A stretch of DNA of 64,000 nt from an uncultured Gammaproteobacteria bacterium (lineage in GTDB: Bacteria > Patescibacteriota > Patescibacteriia > Veblenbacterales > UBA10138). Of the stretch, positions 49,920 to 59,560 are shown piece by piece (within the stretch, counting starts at the first letter, position 1; each line of letters starts with the position of its first letter). The translations under genes were made by a program, and so were the position numbers. The stretch spans positions 676,095 to 740,094 of the forward strand of contig CAYVOI010000001.1 of assembly GCA_964453605.1 (NCBI GenBank), written 5' to 3'. The notes beneath the pieces were generated by a model. That model was not told where the DNA came from. It worked only from the letters and a program-made list of their open reading frames with translations, and made no database searches.

Positions 49920-51008
49920 CTAAAAGTTAGCCGTCGCTACGTACGTCAAGTTGGCGCTGTAGCTACCAGCCTGAGTGGTGCTGGCAATGTTGGCAATGTA
50001 GTGCACCGAGTAGGTGGTGGTGGCCGACGAGCTGGAGGATGACGCCACCTGGTCAGCGGTGCTGGCGGTGGCCCCGTAGTAGAACTGACTACTCGTGCCA
50101 TTGTAGTTAGTGACCACGCTGCCCGAGCCACCCGAGGCGGTGAGGTAGGTGCCAAACTGCGCCGTACCAGCGGCCGAGGCCGCCGGCGAGCCGGTGATAG
50201 CGGCAATGGTATTAGCGCCCGAGGTAAGCGTAGCGCCTTGTACGGTAATGGAGTAACCGCTGGTACCGTTGGTAGCCGCGGTGATGGTGTGCGCCACCAC
50301 GTCGCTGGCTGAGCCCGAGCTGGTGTTGGCATACTGCGGGGCTGAGGTGCTCAAGGTGCCGAAGGCAATAGAGTTGGCTGAAATGGCAAAGCTGATGGTT
50401 TGGTTCACGGTGGCGGTTACGGCGACCGTGCTGTTGCTCACAATGCTCACGCTGATGGTACCAGTATCGCCAAAGGTTCCAGCTACGGTTACGGTGCCCG
50501 TGCCCGCCGTCGGGTTGGTGATCTGGTGCGTACCAGTGCCGCCGGTGACGGCGTTGGTACCGACGCGCAGGCGGACACAGTTACCAGCGGTTGAAGTGCC
50601 CGTGCCGGAGGTAATGGTGAGCACCTGACCAGAAACCGCGGCACCCCACGTGGAGCCAGAAGCAGTCGCCGCTAAGGTTTGCTCGGTGTAGGTAGCGCTG
50701 GAGCAAGTGGCACTGTTGCCCGTAGCAAAGTCAACATCACCAAACACAATGGAGCTCAAGACGAACCCAGAGCTAAAGGTATAGGTAACCGTGTTGCCCG
50801 CGGCAATGCCCGTGGGTGAAGCAAACTTAATGTCGTGGTTGGCTGCCGTGCTGGCAGTCAAGTTGGACATAACGTCAGACAAGCTCGACAAAGACCCGGC
50901 GAGGGCAGGCGACGGCGGTAGTGCCACGGTAGTAGTGGCTATAGCCACGGCTAAACCAGTGACAAGAACCTTAAACTGCTGGAATGTTTTTTTATGTTGG
51001 ACCATCAT
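49920..51008 (-). CDS. Secreted Ser/Thr-rich protein with WxL-like or fimbrial-subunit-like C-terminal domain
   Basis: Signal peptide; VAVTATV..ISF..IAFG.L; TN..SGY.ITVQG; ends AGSYSANLTYVATANF. Confidence 0.7.
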   Translation of the reverse strand: MMVQHKKTFQQFKVLVTGLAVAIATTTVALPPSPALAGSLSSLSDVMSNLTASTAANHDIKFASPTGIAAGNTVTYTFSSGFVLSSIVFGDVDFATGNSATCSSATYTEQTLAATASGSTWGAAVSGQVLTITSGTGTSTAGNCVRLRVGTNAVTGGTGTHQITNPTAGTGTVTVAGTFGDTGTISVSIVSNSTVAVTATVNQTISFAISANSIAFGTLSTSAPQYANTSSGSASDVVAHTITAATNGTSGYSITVQGATLTSGANTIAAITGSPAASAAGTAQFGTYLTASGGSGSVVTNYNGTSSQFYYGATASTADQVASSSSSSATTTYSVHYIANIASTTQAGSYSANLTYVATANF

Positions 51009-51104
51009 AATGTGCCTGGTTAAAGTCGGCTCCCTTCAAAAAGCCGAGGAATTAAATTATGAACACCTCTATTATACCACACCTCGCGACGCTTGCCTAG
51101 GGCC

Positions 51105-52079
51105 CTAGAACGTACCGGTAGCTACGTACGTCAAGTTGGCACTGTAGCTCCCGGCCACGGTAGTTGAACTAATGTTAGCCAAGTAGCGCAGCGAAAAAAC
51201 CGTCGAGCTGCCGTCACCCGCGCCAGAGGCTACCTGGCTTGAGGTAGCAGCAGTGGCGGCGTAGGCAAACTGGCTGGTGGCGGCGTAGGGCGAGGTAACG
51301 GTGCCGGTGCCCGAGCTAACATTGATGCGCAAGCCGAACTGGGCTGTGCCGGGCGCGGAGGCGGTGCTGGTGCCACCAATCGCCGCAATGGTATAGGCGC
51401 CATTACTGGTGTTGGTCAGCGTGGCGCCCTGCACGGTGATCACGTAGCCGCTGGCCGCATTGGTAGAGGCAGTTAGGGTGTGAGCCTCAACTTCGCTACT
51501 CGAGCCACTACCCGTGGTGGCGTAGCGGGCGGCGCTCGGGTCAAGCGCACCAAAGCCGATGCTATTCGCCGAGGTGCTAAAGGTGAGCGACTGGGCAGCA
51601 GCCGAGGCAGTGGCACACACCTTGGTGCTATAGGCTGTGCCGTCGCCGGCATGCGCGTTGGTAACCGCTGACATAGATGCCACCGTAGTATCGAAGCCCG
51701 TACAGTTGCTGGCCTGATACCCCACCGAAACTGAACCCGAGGAAACTGACAAACAGGCGCTATTCGCGTAGTTCGATTGGCTGTTCTGCTCCACGTGCGC
51801 GTTGGTAACTGCCGACAGTTTGAGCACGGTCGCAAACGTACCTGAGCAAGCGTTGCCCAAGCCAGTCACGCCGCTGCAGCAAACTAAGTTCGTATAGTTA
51901 GACTGGCTGGGTAACTCAGCATGGGAGTTGCTCGTCGAGTACAAACGGAACACTACCACGCTCGGGCCCGTGCAGGTGGCGCTGACCGAACACGTCAAGG
52001 TGCCACCCCAAGCCGAGTGACCGACCCCGAGGTAGGCTATGGCTACGACCAGGCACGTTAGGAGCCGACGTTTAGTCAT
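51105..52079 (-). CDS. Secreted protein: Cys-rich N-terminal repeats plus the same C-terminal domain
   Basis: Three S..(S/T)N(S/A)H repeats with Cys; ends AGSYSANLTYVATGTF. Confidence 0.7.
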   Translation of the reverse strand: MTKRRLLTCLVVAIAYLGVGHSAWGGTLTCSVSATCTGPSVVVFRLYSTSNSHAELPSQSNYTNLVCCSGVTGLGNACSGTFATVLKLSAVTNAHVEQNSQSNYANSACLSVSSGSVSVGYQASNCTGFDTTVASMSAVTNAHAGDGTAYSTKVCATASAAAQSLTFSTSANSIGFGALDPSAARYATTGSGSSSEVEAHTLTASTNAASGYVITVQGATLTNTSNGAYTIAAIGGTSTASAPGTAQFGLRINVSSGTGTVTSPYAATSQFAYAATAATSSQVASGAGDGSSTVFSLRYLANISSTTVAGSYSANLTYVATGTF

Positions 52080-52112
52080 CTTGCGCTCAGTAGGCCAACC
52101 AAAAAGAAGGTG

Positions 52113-53144
52113 CTACTTGTACACCAATTCAATAAATGCGTCTTGGAAGGTGGTGGTGGTAGTGCTGGCAGCTGATTTATACGTTACCGAAATAATATTG
52201 TTCGCCGTGGTGGTGTTAACGTTGGTAGCTGTACCTCGCACAATCTGTGTAGCGGTGGTGGAAATGCCCGTAGTGCCCTGGTTCACAAGCTTAATGTAGC
52301 CGTCGCTGGTGGCGCTGGCACCGGTGGTTCTGACCGTGACGACAAAGGTAACCTCAAACGGTATGGTGGTGCCGGAGGTAGCTGAGTTAGCGGTCACGGC
52401 TTGCTGCATCAGTCCGTCGGAGGTGGTACCGTTGGTGCCGATTCTGACCGAAAAAGTGCTGGCGTTGGCGGCCGAAGCGGTGGTGGTGCCATGGAGGGTT
52501 ATGCGAATGATAGTGCCGGCTTGCAATCGGTTGGCGGCCAGGGCCGCGGTTTTGGTGATCACGGTTTCTGTAGTATTGATAGCGGCGCTGGCCGCTGTAA
52601 TGGACACTACCCCCGTGCCCCTATCGGTCTCCACGTAGTTCGTGCCATCGCCCTCAACCACCTTAGCCAAGGTACCCGTGTTAGGATAGGTTGGGGTGGA
52701 CCAGGTCGGCGCGCCCGAGGCGCCAGACAAAAGCACCTTGCTGGCCGTAGCTGTACCAGCTAGTATCGCTAGGCTGGCAGCGCCAGAATAAACTATGCCG
52801 CCATTCGACGCTGTTAAGCTGGCGCCAGCACCGCCGTTACCTAAGGGTAAGTTGCCTGTCACGCCATTGGTAAGGTCCACCTGCGCCCAGGCGGGGTTGT
52901 TGCTCGACCCGGTGTTCGAAAGGTAGCGCGTTGAGCTAGCATTTTTCGCCAAGGCCGCCAGCGTATCCGCCGCCGAGCCATAGAGCAGGTCCCCCTGCAC
53001 TACCCCGCCCGACACTTCGGTAAAATTGTGCCCGGGGTTGGGGGCAGTAGCAAACACGATTCTGGCAACAGTTACCGCGAGTGCTGCCAGTAAGAAGATA
53101 GATAGAATGATATTGCGGCTAGCAGGCAGCGTAAGGTGTTTCAT
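52113..53144 (-). CDS. Secreted Ser/Thr/Gly-rich fibre-like protein
   Basis: Signal peptide, APNPGH, repeats GDLLY/GGIVY..L.A.....W resembling fibre shaft segments. Confidence 0.6.
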   Translation of the reverse strand: MKHLTLPASRNIILSIFLLAALAVTVARIVFATAPNPGHNFTEVSGGVVQGDLLYGSAADTLAALAKNASSTRYLSNTGSSNNPAWAQVDLTNGVTGNLPLGNGGAGASLTASNGGIVYSGAASLAILAGTATASKVLLSGASGAPTWSTPTYPNTGTLAKVVEGDGTNYVETDRGTGVVSITAASAAINTTETVITKTAALAANRLQAGTIIRITLHGTTTASAANASTFSVRIGTNGTTSDGLMQQAVTANSATSGTTIPFEVTFVVTVRTTGASATSDGYIKLVNQGTTGISTTATQIVRGTATNVNTTTANNIISVTYKSAASTTTTTFQDAFIELVYK

Positions 53145-53196
53145 AAAACGTAAGGTTAAGTGTCGCTTGTAGTATACCTAAAAACAGGCCCGTACA

Positions 53197-54234
53197 CTAT
53201 TCCTCGTCTGCCCGCGGCCGCTCTAAGAGCGTGGGTTCAATGCCGGCAGCCTCACCCGAAATACGCAGCACGTCTTTGTCGATTTTCCCAAACTCTTTGT
53301 AGGCCGAGTTGTACATGTTCACCGTGGTGCCCAGGTTATTCCCTAACTTTTTCATGTACTCGTCGTAACTCGCTAAGTGTTTTGCCAGGGACTCTACGTT
53401 CTTACGAATTTCTTTGGCTGACTCTTCTATTTGCAAAGCCTTAAGCCCCTGCAACACGGTTTGGAGGTAGGCCAGGAAACTGGTGGGTGACACGATGATA
53501 ACATGTTTCTCTTTAAAGGCGTACTCAATGAGATCCCGCGTGTTCACCTTCACCGCGCCAACTTGCGCCACTAACAGATCATAGTAAATAGCTTCGTGCG
53601 GTATGAACATGAAGGCAAACTCCATAGTATTTTCGCCTGGCTTGACGTACTTAGCAGTTTCGTCAATACGCGCTTTGAGATCAGCCTTGAACAGTTTCTC
53701 CAAACGCTCTTTCTCAGCCGGGTCGCGTTCCTCACTCAGGCGGTTGTAGTTCTCCAGCGAAAATTTAGAATCAACTGGAATTATTCTGTCCTTCACAAAC
53801 ACCACAGCATCCACAATCGTGCCGTCCTTAAACGCGTACTGCATTTGGTAGCTGCCAGCAGGGAGCACGTTCTTAAGTAACGTTTCCAAGTAGTACTCAC
53901 CCAAGATGCCGCGCTGCTTAGGGTTCTTTAAAATATCTTGGAGCGATTGCAGCTGGTCGGCAAAGTTCACCACCTGCCGGTTGGTTTCGTCGAGTTTAGT
54001 AAGTCGCTCCGTAACGTCGCGGATAATTTTGGCGCTCTCACCGAACTGGCTCTGCAGCACCTTGGTGGACTCGCCTAGCTTGGTGTCGAGTGTGCGCGTA
54101 ATTTCATTTAACTGGTTTTGAAGTAACAAAAGTGAACTACTGTCGGCGGGTGCTGAGCCACGCGACTTAAGCTGCCATACAACCACAGCAAAACCGGCTA
54201 TGACGATTAGTGCCAAGATAATCTCGAAACTCAT
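53197..54234 (-). CDS. rmuC: DNA recombination protein RmuC
   Basis: NPKQRGILGE, VDSKFSLE, FMFIPHE, VSPTS. Confidence 0.92.
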   Translation of the reverse strand: MSFEIILALIVIAGFAVVVWQLKSRGSAPADSSSLLLLQNQLNEITRTLDTKLGESTKVLQSQFGESAKIIRDVTERLTKLDETNRQVVNFADQLQSLQDILKNPKQRGILGEYYLETLLKNVLPAGSYQMQYAFKDGTIVDAVVFVKDRIIPVDSKFSLENYNRLSEERDPAEKERLEKLFKADLKARIDETAKYVKPGENTMEFAFMFIPHEAIYYDLLVAQVGAVKVNTRDLIEYAFKEKHVIIVSPTSFLAYLQTVLQGLKALQIEESAKEIRKNVESLAKHLASYDEYMKKLGNNLGTTVNMYNSAYKEFGKIDKDVLRISGEAAGIEPTLLERPRADEE

Positions 54235-54309
54235 AACCTTAGTTTAGCAAAATAAAAAAGGCTTGAAAACTACACACCATCGGTGGTATAGACTCAAGCC
54301 CTCATTGCG

Positions 54310-55086
54310 TTATCCTACATAGGTTGGTACTGCAATGGTTCGGGACGAGAAATCAGACATACTTACACCCAAACCATTACGGCCAGACGAGGTTTCCTTG
54401 AAGTACGGGGTCCAATGTCTTTGATCATTGGGCATTTTCAAGTAATACCCAGGGAGCGACACAAAAGGTACGCTCCTGCCATCCATAGCCTTCACCCACT
54501 CAGGAAAATAAACTGCGGCCCAGAGCAGAGCAACGTGGGGAGAGGTTTCTGCGCTTCGCACATCAAGCGTACTGACACCAGCAGAATTTGGACTATGATC
54601 CCAATTCGCCTCCAGATCCAGTACCCTCCAGCGTAAACCACGGCTATGTTGGACACCCTTGATGAGCTGCAATTTACTAGGGTCCAAATCTGTTGAGACT
54701 GAAAGCCAGCTCGCTAACTGATTACATGCCTCTTGAAACGTAACCTGAATAGTATCCAGTTGAACCTCGAGCACTACAGCTCTGAGAGGGTAGCCTGGCC
54801 AAGGAGGAGGCTCACCTAAAGCATTAAAATCAGCGCGCGTGAAACCCCAGTTTCTCTCCCGATTCAACCCTCGAACTATCTCAAGTTGCTTATAGGGAGA
54901 GGCCATAAGGAGCTCAGACCGTGGAAACGGATAGCGCCCTAGAGTTCGTTTGAGCATCGCGCCAAGCTCAGTTGGATTATCAATTAAGTACTTGCGCTGG
55001 AGCTCAGCTATATCTCTTGGAAACTGCTGGATTGCTGTGGCCAACAGCTGGGCCCATGAACCACTTAAGGTATCCTCTTCAAACAT
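54310..55086 (-). CDS. Hypothetical protein, DGR-target-like C-terminus (inferred)
   Basis: 258-aa ORF with strong SD; AA..FPEWVKAMDG..VP...LPGY ... AVP C-terminus. Confidence 0.65.
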   Translation of the reverse strand: MFEEDTLSGSWAQLLATAIQQFPRDIAELQRKYLIDNPTELGAMLKRTLGRYPFPRSELLMASPYKQLEIVRGLNRERNWGFTRADFNALGEPPPWPGYPLRAVVLEVQLDTIQVTFQEACNQLASWLSVSTDLDPSKLQLIKGVQHSRGLRWRVLDLEANWDHSPNSAGVSTLDVRSAETSPHVALLWAAVYFPEWVKAMDGRSVPFVSLPGYYLKMPNDQRHWTPYFKETSSGRNGLGVSMSDFSSRTIAVPTYVG

Positions 55087-55221
55087 AAGAGTATCCCTTC
55101 CTTTCTGTACATATTCCCGAATCCGTCGGTACGGTTCCTTTTTTAAGGAGTTATTTGGTATTCTTTACCAGTGTATTTACCTCTTTTATCTTACTCTGTC
55201 AACTACTCTAACCATCACAAA

Positions 55222-55261
55222 TTAGCCATTTACCCTTTCGCGCGAAAGGGTAAATGGCTAA
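55222..55261. repeat. Perfect 40-bp palindrome, copy 1
   Basis: TTAGCCATTTACCCTTTCGCGCGAAAGGGTAAATGGCTAA. Confidence 0.92.
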
Positions 55262-55388
55262 AGATGGATAAAAAGAAAAGCAAGGCACAGCGATGGTTGC
55301 TGCACCTTGCTTACTTGCATTCGTGTTTGAAGACTAAAGGTCAAAGGCCGCTTTCCAAAGGACAAGCAACCGAAGTCCAAAGCTCTCA

Positions 55389-56318
55389 CTACCGAGAGAG
55401 GACAAGACCACCAGAACACCCGTCATACGCATTGCCGAGGTCGCCCCCGCTGTCGAACCCCGTCCTGCCATCGCAGGCCCCCAGACAGAGCGACCGCCCA
55501 GACCGCTGCCATTGTACGGCGCTCATATCATACCCAGGGGTATGAAAGTTTGCCATCATCGTGTCCGTATACGTTGCTGCTCCTGTGAGCGTTTCCAGGG
55601 GGCCAGCCAGGCTTAACCTGTCGGGCAAGGTTGCCATCTGTTCACGCTGCGCCAGGATTGAGAAGCCCTGAAGCGGGTTGGGAAAGTAAATGACGACCTG
55701 GGAGCCCTGTTTCGCTCGCTCGACAATTCGCTCGTGGCGAGACCCTGGAATGATTGTTACTTCACCCTTGAGTGTGTCCTGGCGGTAGTTGATGAACGGA
55801 CGGCCAGGAAACTCCTTCTGGTAAGCTCGCTCGACTGCGGGAAGCAGGATATTCTCGATTGCCTCGCCGTAATCGAGGGTAGCGAGCTTCTGGATGTAGA
55901 GCGGGTAGTACACACCCTTGAGCAGCGGACGGAAGTCTTCGGACGCTTGCAGTTCGGCGATGAGCGCCGTGGCTTGAGCTTCAAACTCAGCTGCCTGAAT
56001 GTCAGGCGTGATGTTGAACGCTTCAGCACAGCCCAGCAGCCGCTTGAGATAGTCAAGCTTCGGCTGCTTGAGGCCAAAGCTGCGGTCGGGGTCGCAGTGA
56101 GAGTACTGCAGCGTGGGCAGCGGAATGCGGCGACCGTGCTTGTCAAAGAGCAGCGTCGGTTTTTCACTGACGCGAGCGGTGGCGTTGGCAAAAACGACCT
56201 GCGTTTCATCACGCAGTAACTTTTTGACGCCCGCAACCCCGCCGAGTTTGGTGCCGACTGCCAACCAACGATCTAGGCCGACTTCGCCCAGACTTTCTAT
56301 ATCTTCTAAACGTACCAT
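55389..56318 (-). CDS. Hypothetical protein, DGR-target-like C-terminus (inferred)
   Basis: 309-aa ORF with SD GAAAGGAG; ends in G/D/S/Y/C-rich segment ...GDLGNAYDGCSGGLVLSR. Confidence 0.7.
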   Translation of the reverse strand: MVRLEDIESLGEVGLDRWLAVGTKLGGVAGVKKLLRDETQVVFANATARVSEKPTLLFDKHGRRIPLPTLQYSHCDPDRSFGLKQPKLDYLKRLLGCAEAFNITPDIQAAEFEAQATALIAELQASEDFRPLLKGVYYPLYIQKLATLDYGEAIENILLPAVERAYQKEFPGRPFINYRQDTLKGEVTIIPGSRHERIVERAKQGSQVVIYFPNPLQGFSILAQREQMATLPDRLSLAGPLETLTGAATYTDTMMANFHTPGYDMSAVQWQRSGRSLCLGACDGRTGFDSGGDLGNAYDGCSGGLVLSR

Positions 56319-56418
56319 TGTTAAGCTCCTTTCTCAGGCTCGTTGCCCGAGGTTTTGTTTAGCCCCTCCCCGAGGCTCGGGGTTATTTCCTTTTGTTAAA
56401 GTTTGGGAATAACAATTT

Positions 56419-56447
56419 AGCCTAACATAGCTCAATGACTCTGTCAA
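56419..56447 (-). promoter_or_regulatory. sigma70-like promoter
   Basis: TTGACA-N17-TAGGCT. Confidence 0.55.
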
Positions 56448-56473
56448 AGGTTATCCAAATTACCGCCACATCA

Positions 56474-56503
56474 CCATTTACCCTTTCGCGCGAAAGGGTA
56501 AAT
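56474..56503. repeat. Palindrome copy 2 (30 bp identical to 55226-55255)
   Basis: CCATTTACCCTTTCGCGCGAAAGGGTAAAT. Confidence 0.92.
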
Positions 56504-56522
56504 AGGTAAAGAAGAGGTAATC

Positions 56523-57359
56523 TCATAGAAGAGCAAACAGTGCTCGGGTGTTCTCAGTTGTTACCCGATCAACCTCTTCGAGACTGACACCTTTTAGCTC
56601 AGCAATTTTTTGGGCCACCTCCACCACGTACGCTGGCTCGTTCTTTTTGCCGCGGTAAGCCTGCGGCGCTAGGTAGGGCGCGTCGGTTTCAACCATTATT
56701 CTATCAAGCGGGGTCTCCTTTACAACTTCAAGCAACTCAGCTGCAGCGTTCTTGAACGTAATAATGCCGGTAAACGAAAGGTAAAAGCCAAGGTCGAGAA
56801 ACTTTTTGGCCTGCTCGCGGTTGCCGAGAAAACAGTGGTTCGCCCCGCGCCGCGGCAGCTTACCCGCGGCCACTGCCCGCTGCAGAATGGTGAACAGGTC
56901 GTCGTACGCTTCGCGGCAGTGGATAATGAGCGGCAGGTTGAGCGCTGTTGCCAAATCTATCTGCTGCTCAAAAAGCCTAGCTTGCTGGCGCTTAACCTCG
57001 GTAGGATCAATCCCATCGGGCAGGCGGTAGTAATCCAACCCGCACTCCCCTACAGCCACAACCTTGGGTGAGCTCTTGGCCAGCGCGGCATAACGCGCGG
57101 CGTCAAACACCTCGGCACGAGTCTTGAAGTGCGTTTCTTCCTCATCTACCTCTTGCTCAAACAAATGCAAGAGATGCAGACCAATAGCAGCATACAAACC
57201 CTCGCTCGCTTCGGCCATTTGAACGCCCCGTTCGCTGGTATCCCACTGGCTGCCGACGTTTATGATAGCGGTAACGCCAGCTGCCTTAGCGCGCGCTTGC
57301 GCGGCCTCAGCCTCGTCCTTAAACGCCGAAAAGTTTAGGTGGCAGTGAGTATCAACCAT
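56523..57359 (-). CDS. tatD: TatD-family DNase
   Basis: DTHCH, VGECGLDY, IIHCREA, ETDAPYLAP. Confidence 0.93.
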   Translation of the reverse strand: MVDTHCHLNFSAFKDEAEAAQARAKAAGVTAIINVGSQWDTSERGVQMAEASEGLYAAIGLHLLHLFEQEVDEEETHFKTRAEVFDAARYAALAKSSPKVVAVGECGLDYYRLPDGIDPTEVKRQQARLFEQQIDLATALNLPLIIHCREAYDDLFTILQRAVAAGKLPRRGANHCFLGNREQAKKFLDLGFYLSFTGIITFKNAAAELLEVVKETPLDRIMVETDAPYLAPQAYRGKKNEPAYVVEVAQKIAELKGVSLEEVDRVTTENTRALFALL

Positions 57360-57363
57360 TGCT

Positions 57364-57906
57364 TCAGGGTTGTGGAACAGGCAGCGTTACCCCCGGCACG
57401 TACGGCTGCACCTGGCGAATGATATTCGGTAAGAGTGGCACGAGGATGCTGGCAATGGTTATGAGCTTCTGTGCCACCTGCGAATTGGCAATAGCGGCCT
57501 CAACCGAAATAGGGAGAGCTACGCGATTGGCAAAGTACAGGGTAAGACCAGTCACTAAAACACCTTCGGCTAACCCTAAGATAGCGCCGACAAAACGATT
57601 GATGGTCTTGAGAAACGGCGCCATAGAAATAAACCGGAAGCTGCGGTCTATGAGGTGAAACACAAACCCGACCACTCGGTTTATCACTACAAAAATAAAA
57701 ATAAATGCTACCAGGTCCACCCACCCGGTGTCAGTGCCGAAGAGTAAGTGCAGCGGGCCAGCTAGCTTGTCGTAGAAATGGCCAGCGAGGTAGGCACCCG
57801 CCACCGTACCGATGAGCCCGCCAGCCATGTGGATAGCCCCAAACCACAACCCAAACCAAACAAACCCAGCTATTGATAGAATCAGGATGATGTCGAGTGT
57901 GGTCAT
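57364..57906 (-). CDS. CvpA-family membrane protein
   Basis: LDIILIL...G...G, INRFVGAILG..EG. Confidence 0.8.
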   Translation of the reverse strand: MTTLDIILILSIAGFVWFGLWFGAIHMAGGLIGTVAGAYLAGHFYDKLAGPLHLLFGTDTGWVDLVAFIFIFVVINRVVGFVFHLIDRSFRFISMAPFLKTINRFVGAILGLAEGVLVTGLTLYFANRVALPISVEAAIANSQVAQKLITIASILVPLLPNIIRQVQPYVPGVTLPVPQP

Positions 57907-57929
57907 AACCTACGAACTACGATACTGCT

Positions 57930-57957
57930 ATTCTCAAATTCTCAAGAATATTAGAAT
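57930..57957. repeat. Third copy of the ArsR-associated palindrome
   Basis: ATTCTCAAATTCTCAAGAATATTAGAAT; 27/28 match to the reverse complement of 36583-36610. Confidence 0.8.
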
Positions 57958-57965
57958 GTTCGTTC

Positions 57966-59369
57966 TTAAGATAAACGCGGGAACAACGGCGCGGCTTTGC
58001 TAATAGTTTCAGCCGCTAGAGCTTTTTCAACCTTAGTTGAAGTCTCCGGCATAAACGGCCCCAAGGCCTCGGCCACACCCCTAAGTTTCTGGGTCCACCC
58101 AGCGATAAGCTCAGCCACTGGTTTTCCCTCCTTAACCATCTGCCAGGGTTTGGTTTGGTCAATCTCTTGGTCAATGGCGCGGAGCGTGGTGTTTATGTTT
58201 TCGAGCGCGGCATCAAAGTTAAAATCACTAAGTTCAGCGCTCACATCAATAGCAACTACGCCAGCGGGTACCTTGCCGCCACAGTACTGCGCGGCCATGT
58301 TCGTAACACGCGAGAACGTGTTTCCGAGGCCATTCGCCAGGTCGCTCTGGTAGCGCTCGCGGAATCGAGCCACCGAGACATCCCCATCAGATGAAAACGG
58401 CACCTGGGAGAGTAGCAGGTAGCGCGTAGCGTCGACACCGAACTCTTTTATCAAATCAAGCGGATCTATCGCGTTGCCTAAACTCTTCGACAGCTTCTGT
58501 CCGTCGATGGTAAAAAAGCCATGCGTAGCAACTACCTTAGGGAGCGGTAGCCCAGCGGCCATGAGCATGGCCTCCCAAATTACGGCGTGAAACCACAGAA
58601 TATCTTTACCCAACAGGTGCACGTTCGCCGGCCAAAACCCGCCCTTACCCTCTACGAACTGTGTGGCCGAGTAGTAGTTGATGAGCGCGTCTATCCACAC
58701 GTAAATGGTCTGCGACTCGTCCCACGGCACCCGAACGCCCCACTCTACGGATTCACGAGAGATAGACAAATCCTCAAGCCCCTGCTTGAGTTTACCCACC
58801 ACCTCGTTCTTGCGGCCCGCCGGCACAATTGCGTACTCGCCTGTTTTAATAGCGGCGAGGAGCTTATCGCGGAAAGCAGAGAGCTTAAAAAAGTAGTTCT
58901 TCTCTTTCTGCTTCACAATGTCGCGGTTGGGGTGCAGCGGGCAGCGGCCGCCGGTAAGCTCGTCCTCCTTATAAAACCGCTCGCAGCCCACACAGTACAG
59001 GCCTTCGTACTCACCCTGGTAAATGTAGCCCGCGTCGTAAATTTTCTGTATAAGCTCACGCACTACGGCCTCGTGGTGCGGGTCGGACGTGCGGATGAAA
59101 AAGTCGTACGAAATGCCGAGCGCCTGCCAGGCGCGAATGAACTCACCGCGGTTACGCTCGGCAAACACTTCGGGGGCAACCCCGGCAGCTGCAGCCGACT
59201 CCTGAATTTTAGCGCCGTGTTCGTCAGTACCCGTGAGAAAGAACACGTGCTCGCCCTTAAGCCTATGCCAGCGCGCCAAAACGTCCGCGCACAGCGTCGT
59301 AAACGCGCTGCCGATGTGCGGCTTATCGTTCACGTAGTAAATGGGAGTGGTGACGTAAAACCTTGACAT
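57966..59369 (-). CDS. metG: Methionine--tRNA ligase
   Basis: TTPIYYVN..HIGS, GTDEHG, YVWIDAL, KLSKS. Confidence 0.96.
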   Translation of the reverse strand: MSRFYVTTPIYYVNDKPHIGSAFTTLCADVLARWHRLKGEHVFFLTGTDEHGAKIQESAAAAGVAPEVFAERNRGEFIRAWQALGISYDFFIRTSDPHHEAVVRELIQKIYDAGYIYQGEYEGLYCVGCERFYKEDELTGGRCPLHPNRDIVKQKEKNYFFKLSAFRDKLLAAIKTGEYAIVPAGRKNEVVGKLKQGLEDLSISRESVEWGVRVPWDESQTIYVWIDALINYYSATQFVEGKGGFWPANVHLLGKDILWFHAVIWEAMLMAAGLPLPKVVATHGFFTIDGQKLSKSLGNAIDPLDLIKEFGVDATRYLLLSQVPFSSDGDVSVARFRERYQSDLANGLGNTFSRVTNMAAQYCGGKVPAGVVAIDVSAELSDFNFDAALENINTTLRAIDQEIDQTKPWQMVKEGKPVAELIAGWTQKLRGVAEALGPFMPETSTKVEKALAAETISKAAPLFPRLS

Positions 59370-59429
59370 ACACCAGTAGGTAAGCTAGTACTAGTATGCA
59401 GAGAATACCAAAAGATTACAAATACGCGT

Positions 59430-59560
59430 ACCGGGGTTTGATTAAGAGCACGGGGGGTTCATAGCCCCCTTAGCCGCTTACCCAGTCGAGGCCCGGCTTC
59501 GAACCCGGGGGATAACTCTGGTGCTAACCCCTTCTGCTGCTCCAATGTGGCAGAAGGGGA
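59430..59560. ncRNA. Candidate structured RNA between rsmI and metG
   Basis: GGGGTT/AACCCC and AGCAC/GTGCT close two inner hairpins; overlapping alternative stem CCCCTTCTGC/GCAGAAGGGG. Confidence 0.35.

Noticed and set aside
55389-55530. Second VR for the TR at 22065-22184
   Set aside because: No nucleotide similarity to that TR; kept only as a possible target of a different TR.
59490-59512. tRNA or tmRNA end (GGTTCGAAGCC on the - strand)
   Set aside because: No cloverleaf, acceptor stem or CCA could be built.
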